A stretch of DNA of 64,000 bases from Amoebidium appalachense (Eukaryota; Protista; Ichthyosporea), in contig CAVNZM010000006.1 of assembly GCA_963693365.1 (NCBI GenBank), forward strand, positions 3,472,001 through 3,536,000, given 5' to 3'. The notes below the pieces were generated by a model that did no database searches, had not been told where the DNA came from, and saw nothing but the letters and a program-made list of their open reading frames with translations. A program made the position numbers and the translations under genes. This document shows, piece by piece, positions 53,921-64,000 of the stretch; within the stretch, counting starts at the first letter, position 1; every line of letters starts with the position of its first letter.

Positions 53921-54115
53921 GGGGTTTACGCTGTTTACTCGAGGCAAAGAGAACCAGTCTCAGGTATGGGGGGGGGGGTTTTGCTCGGAATATCCCCTCA
54001 GCGGTATATCATGATCACGTACATAGATGTCGGGTGGTGACTATATATCAGGGTTTACTTTCTCTACGAGACACCATAAAGACTACAAGGAGAAATCAAT
54101 TAGTTGGGGTTCCCC

Positions 54116-54176
<61 letters not shown>

Positions 54177-54181
54177 GGGCT
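53921..54181 (+). repeat. Terminal inverted repeat at the element's 3' end: 196-bp core, poly(T), AAAGGGGCT
   Basis: Core 53921-54116 is the reverse complement of 57708-57900 apart from G-run length. Confidence 0.95.
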
Positions 54182-54208
54182 CCCCTCGGGACACTCGGTA
54201 TCAGCTGG

Positions 54209-54263
<55 letters not shown>

Positions 54264-54283
54264 TGTGTGTGTGTGCGCGTGCG

Positions 54284-57200
54284 CTATAATTTTGTAGTGA
54301 TGTGTTTCTCAAGCCAATCAATACACCTAATAAACAGGTCGTAGTTACGCGTGTTTAGTATAAAATCAAGGATGTTGTAATTTACAGGTAGGCTATCTTT
54401 CTGGGTGTCTGTTGTGAATGTGACGTGTGTGTGTTGCGGTATTATGTGGTCTATCAAACTACATTTGGCGATACATGACCGGTTAAACTGGTGTGTGTGT
54501 GTGTTGTTTGGGCATGCAAATGATGCCACCTTATACTTATTAGATCTCCACTGTATAGCACGTGTACAGTAAAAGCGTGGTAATTGATCAATAATACCAT
54601 CAGCTAGAGAAAGACCAGTTCTACAGGAAGGTAATATGTATTTAGGTGTTATACACTTGCGAGTGCCATATTTGGCAATATGGTTGAGGCGGTCAGTATA
54701 TATAAAACGAGACATAAGGCTTAGTTTTTCAAGGTGTATGCTTTCATCGGGTCTAGTGTCGTGTGGTATCTTTTTCCATTTGTTATATTGCGTGATTATC
54801 TTGTGATTGTGTACATGTTTAATAAGTAAGTGGCAGTCCAAAGTCACACACACACTATTGCGGGGTTTATTTGTATTTGTGCCCAGGGGAGAAGGGGAGA
54901 GAGAGGGGAGGAAAGAGGGGAGAGGTGAGGAGGGGACAGGTCGGATAGAGAAGAGAGGGTGGGAGGGCAAATACTTCTTTAAGCGGCTTATGTGCTTATT
55001 GAATTTCAGCGCGAGATAGGATACTCTAGCAGCTATTGGGACCAGACCATATATCGAGAGCGTTACAGGCCCAGGTTTACAACAGTTGTTAGATAGAAAG
55101 GAGGCAACTTCTGCTTCAAGGAAATTTGCCAAGGGTTTAAGCGCTCTAGTTCTCTCTTTCTTGATCCAAGCGGCGAGAAGGGGTAAACCATATTCACATG
55201 CCGGGAAGACAAAAGTGCGAATAAATGTAAGTCTAATAGAAGGATGGAGGGGTGTGTCTTTAAAAATATTAGCCGAGAAGAAAGCTAACCGCTTACGAGC
55301 CAACTCTACCCTCTTTTCGACCATATGGGGAAACATAACACCAACAGAATCAACCGGAACACCAAGATATTTGTATTCTGGAACTATAGGTACAGGTTTA
55401 GATGATAATGTAAATGTGTGTAAATTGTTAGCTATATCAGGTACAAGAACACCACATTTGTCTATGTTAAGGATCATAAGGTTTGCCTTGCACCACTCTG
55501 ACACTACATCGAACAATCTTTGCAGGCGTCTAGGGGTACGGGCAAGGAGGGACAGATCATCAGCATAGAGAAGTGCAGGCGGAAAGTTATTAATAGGGTC
55601 ATCGTTTTCGGCGTAAATCTTGACAGCCAAATCATCTATAAATAGGTTAAACAAAAAGGGGCTAAGCAATGAACCCTGCAAGAGACCTCTAGTACGAGCA
55701 AAACCATATGAAAGATGCCCATTAACCACAGCTCTACCATAGGTTTGAGACAAGAGTGCTTCTAACAGAACACCAATGCAGTGTGGTACACCCCGTGCAG
55801 CAAGCTTTTCCCATAGGAGACCAGGGGAGACAGAATCGTAAGCAGTTTTCCAATCAATAAAGCCAACATATTGTGCACCAACTTGCATAGAATCGTGCAG
55901 TGCCATTATTTGAACATAACATGAATTGTTTTTACGAAAAGCGGATTGGCATGGGTGTATGTGAAGAATAGATTGAAACCTAGGGTGATGTGCAAATAAC
56001 CTAAGTAAGCAAGCTTCAAAGAATCTACGAACAACCTGGGTTAGTGTAATGGGGCGAAAGGATGATATGGGGCCCTCAGAGTCCTTCTTAACTATGGGGA
56101 TCACTAAGGTATCTAACCAAGATGACGGGACATGTCCACATTTAACACACCAAGAAAAGAGAGAGCTTAACATGATAGTAAGTAAGATCAGGTTTAATAG
56201 CACGATCACTTTCCTTTTGTGGGTAGGAGGGAACAAGGATTTTAAGAAACCCAGCAGGGAGTCCATCAGGTCCACAAGACTTACTAGAGCTATAACTAGA
56301 TATCACAGACCATATGGCATCGGGACTGAAAAAGGGGAGGATCGATTCTATGGGGATAGATGGGTCTACAGGCCACACAATAGGTTTCTGAGCGGGGGTC
56401 CTATCTTTAAACAGTTCCGAGAAATACTTATCAGAGTCTATGAGGGGGTCTCCAGTGGTATCACCAATAATACGAGCAGGGGGGCCAAATCGATTCATAC
56501 TAGCAAGCCGGCGCAAGCTTTCCTTTTGAGACAGGGGTTCACCTAGTCTAGCGGGAGTGGTGTTTGGTAACAAGAGAGCATCGGGATATTCCTTCCTACC
56601 ACCGCCAGCATAATCACCGAGATCTATCAAATCATCAACAATAAAGTTAGTGCATGTATCTAGTACGAGATGTGAATCTGGCCTGGCTTGTGCAGATTCT
56701 AATAGGCGCATATATATAGGGTGTTTCGTAGCATAGCATACACATACATCAACTCTACCCCACTGTGACTTAAGCTGGGATAGACGGAGGCGAAAGGTGG
56801 GAGGGGGAGGGGGGAGCAGATCAAGGGAGATCTTAGGTAGGAAAAGGATAGGAGAGTGGTCAGATGACCTAGAGAGGTTAGGAGGGAGAGAGAGTTTTGA
56901 CATGGTTGATGGCCAAAAGGCCACTCCCCAGTCGGTGTTGTGGGCATGGGATATTTGAGGGAACCGCAAAGTGTGACTTTGGACATACCTTGCTAAAGGG
57001 ATAGCACGCTCCGGGGGCTTAGATGGGTACCCGACACTCACTTGCAGTGTGTCTGTGTGGTGGAGTCGCGTGTTAAAATCACCTAAAATAACAGTGGACA
57101 TTGGTAACTGTGACAACTCGTGAGTCAATTCGACAACCGACATAGATGGTGGGTAATATACAAAAGTAAAAACATTAGAAAGAAACTCTATAGAAACCGA

Positions 57201-57482
57201 GAATTCCGTTTTTGCTACCGGTTTGCACTTCACTCTCACGTGTGGTGCGGCAAGTACAATAATGCCTCGGTTTTTCGCGTAACCGGGGTGTGTGGATGTG
57301 TCGACCAATGTAGAGTTGAATTTGTGGTGGTTTTTAAACTGTGTTTCGCAAATCACTGTAAACGTGTGGTTGTTTGTCTGTTGTTGTATGTAGCTGATTT
57401 TATCGTCGAGTGTCCCGGGGGGGAGGCCCTTTTGGGGGCCCAGTGTCCGAGCATTCCAGAAGAAGAAGGATAAATTAGGCAT
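54284..57482 (-). CDS. Single APE endonuclease + reverse transcriptase polyprotein (~1066 aa if repaired), one frameshift near 56150-56170
   Basis: APE motifs FWNARTL, ICETQ, VYYPP, ILGDFN, SDHSPI; KSCGPDGLP; RT motifs through YADD and YKYLG. Adding one CT to aagctctctctttt joins ORFs 56142-57482 and 54284-56275. No ORF1. Confidence 0.93.
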
Positions 57483-57620
57483 CGGTTTGGTCCGACACCT
57501 GTGGGGTTGGTTCCCACTTGTCGCTTACGGGGTCGTATGCACGACCTTCCGCCAGCGCGAACAGTTCGCAGAAGAGCTCGATTTCCATCTCGCATCGGCG
57601 TTTGCGCTCGAGCAGTTTCA

Positions 57621-57625
57621 AGCCC

Positions 57626-57664
<39 letters not shown>

Positions 57665-57671
57665 AAAATTA

Positions 57672-57708
<37 letters not shown>

Positions 57709-57900
57709 GGGGAACCCCAACTAATTGATTTCTCCTTGTAGTCTTTATGGTGTCTCGTAGAGAAAGTAAACCCTGATATATAGTCACCACCCGACATCTA
57801 TGTACGTGATCATGATATACCGCTGAGGGGATATTCCGAGCAAAACCCCCCCCATACCTGAGACTGGTTCTCTTTGCCTCGAGTAAACAGCGTAAACCCC
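57621..57900 (-). repeat. Terminal inverted repeat at the element's 5' end
   Basis: agcccctttaaa(A-rich)cggggaacccc...cgtaaacccc; mirror of 53921-54181 and 15290-15524. Confidence 0.95.
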
Positions 57901-58206
57901 CACACTGGTTCAGTTTCAGCCAATGATACACTGAGCAGGCGGGGAGGAGGGTAAAACGCACCCAGCGTGAGCCACCGTGTATTGGTAAGGCTGGGCATGC
58001 ACAGTTGCACACATTGTTGTATCATCAGACACCAGAGCAAGCTACGATGTCGGACACTAATCACCTCTTGATCGTTATAATCGACGAGAACAATTCAATG
58101 CCTACTGTTAGCGACAACGATAGAAGTGACAATATTGTACGTTGCGGCCTTCGACTCCTCTTTTTGAGCTCTTGAACAACGTCGTATGTTTGGACCCCTC
58201 AGGGCC

Positions 58207-58256
<50 letters not shown>

Positions 58257-58440
58257 ACACACACACACACACGTGAACACACAAACACACACAGACACAC
58301 ACACAGACACACACAAAAACAAGAGAAAAAACTTGTGTGCATCCACACACAAAGGCACACGCTCTTCACCCTCCCACTTATTCTGTCTCTCTCTCTCGCT
58401 CTTCACCTTCCCACTTATTCTCTCTCTCTCTCTCTCTCTG

Positions 58441-58478
<38 letters not shown>

Positions 58479-58494
58479 ATGTCCCTCTCTCTCG

Positions 58495-58556
<62 letters not shown>

Positions 58557-58712
58557 CTCTCTCTCCCCCCCCCCCCCCCCCGAGGCTCCCTCTCCCTCTC
58601 TCTCTCAGCTCTCTCGCACTCACTCACTCACTCTGTATCTCTCATTCACACACACACAAACACACACACACACACACATGTACACACACACGCACACACA
58701 CACACACACACA

Positions 58713-58797
<85 letters not shown>

Positions 58798-59334
58798 TCT
58801 CCTCCCCCTCCCCCCCCTCTCTCTTCCTCTATATCTCTCTCTTCCCTTCTCTCTCTCTTCCTCGGCCCCTCCCCCCTTTCTCTATCCCATCTCTCCTCCC
58901 CCTCCCCCCTCAATCTGTGTGTGAGAGGCTATTTCCCTCCGCATCCCCAAACACCCCCTTCCCGGGCCCCTTGGCATGTTCTCCCTCCGTGGCCATCGCT
59001 CCACCATCGTGGCCGTCCTCTCCCCTTGCCCCCTCCTTACCTTCAACCCCGAAGTTCATCGGCCCCCTCCCGTCCCCTCTTCCGCCGTCAATATAGTCAC
59101 CACCACAAAAAATACCACATGACCACCACGTGAAGACCCCCCTCCCCCCCCCCCCCAAACACACACACACACACACACGCACACAGGGGTTTACACACTA
59201 TTTTATGCATACACACAAACACAGGCACACAATACACAGAACGCAGAAGCACAACACACACACACACACACACACACACTCTCTCTCTCTCTCTCTCTCC
59301 TTCACTCTCTCGGGGGGGAGGGGGAGGAGAGGGG

Positions 59335-59365
<31 letters not shown>

Positions 59366-59703
59366 CTTTGCAATCTGCACCACGTTTATTCAGAATCCAT
59401 TGCAAGCGGCTGACGTGCTCTCAGTTCTGAACAAAAGTTGTTGATCGTACCAAATTTACTTGCAATAATAATAGACATGTCAGATCTGTTTTTCCAGCTA
59501 CAGATTACATCACCTGACACCATCAATTCATATTAGAATATACTATGTGATCTTTTGCATGTACAGCACTTAATACCCACAACTCCATTCAGATGAGCTT
59601 CTTGTTTGATGATAATCACCAATTCAGCGTCATAAAGTGCACGGTCTTCCGGTAGGTGCATTTGAAGCACCCAACGCCCAATCACAACACACCCATAAAA
59701 ACA

Positions 59704-60395
59704 TTAATTCTTAACATTAGGCTGGTTCTGGCGGCGGCCTGTTGCATTGATCTTTGCATTCAGGTCGAGGTATGAGTACTTGTCGTTTGTATAGTAATGC
59801 TTGACTTGGTACTCGGCAGAGGGGCAACTGTTTGCCTTCTCGGTGTCTGTGGCACGAAAAAAGGATAAGGAAAAGGAATCATGAAGGTTGGAGGTCAGGC
59901 AACGGGCTCACAGGAAAAGGGACATATGCAAACGAGAGAGAATTGCCCCTCCCCCCCCCTTCCTCCCCCCCCCCCCCCCCCCCCCCTCCCCCCCCCCAAA
60001 AAAAAAAAAGAAAAAAAAAAGGTGGGGGGAGGGGGGGGGGAGGGGGGGGGGGGGGGGGGGAGGAAGAAAGGACAGGAAAACACACACCACCCACACACAA
60101 AAAGAAGAAGAAGAAGATTGATCTGGAAGAAGAATAAGAAAACACTACACCCGACACCACCACATCATCTCACCATGTTTGCATAATAACAAACATACTT
60201 CAAATTATGATATAGTCTCAAAGTTTCTTAATTGGGGCCCACCCACCCTGAGACGGCAGCATGGACAAGGACATCAGCCAGGGAAAAAGTGACCATCAAA
60301 ACACACCACTACAGCACAACTCCCACCAACGAAACCGCCGCAATCAAAGCCTCCTCTCCCCCTTTCCCCCCTCCCTCCTGCCTCCACCCCCTTTA

Positions 60396-60426
<31 letters not shown>

Positions 60427-61191
60427 GCTTCGCTAACAAAGAAAAGCATTCAAACACGTTCACCGTGACAGACAGATACATGCACCCACACGTGAGCACA
60501 CGAGCGCACACACACAACCACCCACCCATACAACACCGTGTGACTCACACATACATGAATCTAGTAACTGGATCGAGAGGGGCAAAAAAAAAAACTGGGA
60601 CGCTAGGGAGAGGATGTCTGCACCTTATCAACACTACCCTCCTCCCCCCTCTCTCCTCCCCCCCCTCCCCCCCCCCCCCCCAAAAAAAAAAAAAAAAAAA
60701 AAAAAAAAACCAACAACCACAAATGTGACCGGTTTCCTCCGGGGACACCCCCCCCCCCCCTCTCCCCTGTGCATCCCCTTGCCCCCCCCCCCCCCACCTC
60801 CCCCCTTCCCCACCCCCCCCCCCTCTCCCATCCCCGTCAGAAAGGGAAAAAAAAAGGATATTGTCATCCCACACTGGGCCAACCCTCGATATGAACGCCC
60901 GCCTTTTCCACCCCACAATCTCTCCCAATCACAAAATAAAACGTGTGCACACAGGCATGCACATGCATCCCCTCCCCCCTCCCCCTCCTAATACGATTGC
61001 CTGCACGCCTTTCCCCCACTCTCAATGCTTCCCCCACCTATATATCCAAACAACAGGGAAGACAAGCAGCATGGACACCTACCCTTTGGTGCCTGCTTGC
61101 TGTATCTGCCTATGCTCGTGTGCAGAAGTGATAGAGCAGGTCGGAGCTGAAAAAGCTGCGTGTGATTGCTCGTCAGCCTTGCTTTCAAAAT
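59704..61191 (-). CDS. Small NDUFV3-like (complex I 10-kDa flavoprotein subunit-like) protein; start codon not located
   Basis: Exon ~61083-61191 ILKARLTSNHTQLFQLRPALSLLHTSIGRYSKQAPK (presequence-like, no acidic residues) splices in phase (GTAGGT..CAG) to 59704-59846 DTEKANSCPSAEYQVKHYYTNDKYSYLDLNAKINATGRRQNQPNVKN*, resembling the NDUFV3 Y..YT/SF/YLDLN..R..QP motif. Confidence 0.55.
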
Positions 61192-64000
61192 CTATCTCTC
61201 CCTGTCTCCCCATCTCCCTCCCTTTCTCTCAATCTCCCACGCTCACCCTCCCCTCACCCACCCTTCCTCCCTTCGGGTTCTCACCCACAGCCCAACCTCC
61301 CTTTATCCCCACCCCCGATACCCTTACACCACAGACACGCACACCACAGACACGCACACGTACACACACACCCACACAGACACACACAGACACACACCAA
61401 CACACACGCGCGCAGACACACACACACCACACACACACACACACCAGACACACACTTCACCACCACCACCACCACCACCACCCTTCTTCTTGTTTTGTGA
61501 TAGCGATCAGCCGACATGCCAACAGTTAGCTGCGGTCATCTGAACAGCCAGTAACCTGTGAATCCACCCACCAATTCATCACTGAACTCCAATTTAATAC
61601 CATCAAAGCCCTCAAAAAAAGGCCCTTCAACCCTCACAGGAGCAGGTACCACAAAGGTCAGACTACATAGCAAAGGTGCACATGGTGACTGCTTATGGAA
61701 GCACACGCTTTCTTTTTGCCTTGTGTTGTTTCGCTGCTCCTTTATCTTGTTTGACTTTCAAAGCGGAGGAAAGAAAGGGCGGGAGGGGGGGGGAATGGAT
61801 CCATGAGGGGGGCAAAGGGGGTGGGAAGGGGTAGTTCGTCAAGCGTGTAAAGGACAAATTAAGTGCCGCCAACTCAATCTCGAGTTACATACCCGATTTA
61901 GTATTTGGTTATAGTTTAAGACTGCGAACTACAGAGTTCAATATACAGAAGAGAATGGAACAACTTTGACAAAGAAATGCAAGAGTGACTAAAGGTCGAT
62001 CATGTCTTTATTTCCCAAAAATGCACAGGTCGGTCACGTCTTTATTTCCCAATCATGCCCCTGCATTGTATACACCCGCACACTGCAGATCCCAAGAAGT
62101 TTACAAAGGTGACAAAAAGAAATTCAAACATTCAACCTGATAACAGGCAGTTGCACGTCACTCCCACTTTTGTAAACGGTCCGGACCACCAGATTAGCCA
62201 AACCAAAAGAGACGTTACCTGAAGGGTGATCCGCCGAGCTTCTGACTTGGCAAGCCATGTTCAAAGTTGAAATCGATAAGGTAAAAGTGGGGAGGGAGGG
62301 TATGGGGAAAAGGAGGGGGGGGGAGGGGGGGAGGGGGGGGGGGGGGGGCGTAAAGCTCACCGAAGCAAGGAGGGCTGGTCTGGCAACCACGGCAGCGCGA
62401 AGACCGGTGTTCACAACAGGGAGCATTTTCAATGGGGACAAGGTTCTCAAGTAAGGGCCTGCGCACACCTAATAGGCTCTGAGAGAGTCTTGCGCTTTTT
62501 TCACGTACAAAATTAATAAAGAAAAACTTCGTACGGCCTGGCAGAAGAACTTTGCAGTTACAGACCTCAGACCTCAACAGCTTCAAAAGTGCAGAAGTAA
62601 GGTTTTATGGGGACTCCCGCCGGAATGCAGATCTGCATTTCTTTCCCGTTCTGGAAAGGTCTTTGCCTAATAAGGCTACTAAAACTGGTTTGACATTCCT
62701 GTGGGTGCGTACCTATCCAATCAATGCACAAAAGCATTCGGATGCTCGGAGTTGCCCAGGCAGCTCCAGAGTCAGGTGTAGGAATGGCACACTCAGGACA
62801 ACAATACGCCGGTCACCATTCGGAAAAGCAATACAATAAAATGGATAGATAATATGCTGCGTATATTTCGTTGTAAATTTGATAGTTTCTGAAGAATGAA
62901 ATATATTATTAGCCATTGAGGTTTCCAGCTCACCAAGCTTGTAAGTTTCAAGTAGATCTCGGCCTGCCGGCGGTTGCTCCGGCGGATATTGGCGGATATT
63001 GAGCCAATAAAGCCAATAAAAATCCGTTTCTTGGCCCTCTGCAGCAACGTGCGGTTTAGGCCGTGGGTTGGTCATGATGTACGCGCCTCAGGGCCGCGAG
63101 TGAGGGGTCACCGTTTCAATCGACCGGGTGACAACTATATATGTACAATGTCCTTGATATAATTTACTTTTACATATCCACATGTAAACCATGTTGGTTG
63201 TGTTTTTTTTTTTTTTGTAGCTTGGTTGTTATTGCATGTTCGCGGCCATCCGAGTGACTCCCAACAGACGGCTTAGCAGCTTAGCCAAACTGTACCAGCC
63301 CAGGGCTGTCTAAGTTTAGAACCAATTTCTAAAATTAGAACTGGCTCACTTACAGCTTTAGTCTATTCAGACTACCGCAGCCTAATATCACATATGACGT
63401 CTTGAAAGACTAATGGTCAGGCCGCATGTGACCGCTGCGCCGGCGGCCACTTGCAAGCACCGTAAGAGGCTGAGACGTATAGCGACGGCCACAGCGAGAA
63501 GCGGGTAGCCTTCGGAAGGGTTCAGAGATTTACTCAGAATATGCTCCTTGTAGGGAGAGATGCTATGAGAACAGAGAGAGTTATTCCTGATTTATTGTAT
63601 AACATTATGGACAAGGATTTACACATTTCTGATGCTACTTATTAGCCCTTTGTTCTTCTGTGCATTCGCTCATCGTGTACGGCAGCCTGTGCAGGAGCTA
63701 AGGTTGAGCAGCTAGGTGGGGCTTGTGCAGCTTCAAAAAGTAAAAGTTCATAGCACTACCCCCCTGTTCTTTTTTTTTTCGGCGCAACCATCGCGTCCGT
63801 GCAAAGGAACGCACCATTATGAGGTGATACAGGCCCACTACATTGCAGAGCCATGGCCAGCGCAGGCACACGTTGCTGCGTGCTGGGCAGGCAGCCCCCC
63901 AGGCAACTTCAGCAAAGATGTGGCACTCAGCAGGTACACATCCAGCAGAGGGGAGCACATGCTGGACGCACACGAGGAACAGACACCACCCAATATGTAG

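Larger units (their letters stand above)
53657..57900 (-). mobile_element. Composite retroelement insertion: full-length TIR-bounded APE-RT element (53921-57900) plus inverted 3' fragment (53657-53918)
   Basis: 11-bp TSD CACACTGGTTC at 53646-53656 and 57901-57911; inverted terminal repeats 53921-54181 and 57621-57900. Confidence 0.93.

Noticed and set aside
55086-55568. 160-aa plus-strand ORF (also at 16435-16917)
   Set aside because: Antisense shadow of the RT ORF with no motifs.
56142-56275. Two-ORF organisation or programmed frameshift
   Set aside because: The break falls in a (CT)n/T run between APE and RT and is repaired by a 2-nt insertion; slippage or sequencing error is simpler.
57483-57630. 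HDV-like ribozyme in the retroelement 5' UTR
   Set aside because: Hairpins (ggtcgt/acgacc, ggggcttga/tcgagctct) and a GCGAA are present, but I could not build the P1.1/P3/P4 pseudoknot order.
57708-57900. Hammerhead ribozyme or snRNA within the terminal repeat
   Set aside because: CTGAGGGGATATTCCGAG lacks the CTGANGA/GAAA core; no U1/U5 conserved loops or Sm site recognised.

Overview
Intron-rich eukaryotic DNA whose introns are largely (CA/TG)n and poly-G/C tracts; an opisthokont protist origin is a guess, not shown. Host genes: a sacsin-like GHKL ATPase (minus strand, runs off the left edge), a TM-RING-H2 ligase, a GT54/MGAT4-family GlcNAc transferase and a small NDUFV3-like gene. The main interest is two adjacent mobile elements. 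(1) A single-ORF APE+RT non-LTR retroelement bounded by ~195-bp terminal inverted repeats lying outside internal poly(T)/poly(A) tracts. It is present as a full-length copy with an appended inverted 3' fragment inside one 11-bp TSD (53657-57900), and as a 5'-truncated copy (15290-17417). (2) A TTAA-flanked GG..CC (Kolobok-like) DNA element carrying an EXO1/XPG nuclease-SWIM fusion and a convergent THAP remnant (49782-53612). Also present: two TTAA-flanked palindromic MITEs, a SINE-like family ending in AAA(C)n, and several tandem arrays. All calls are by eye; no database searches were run.
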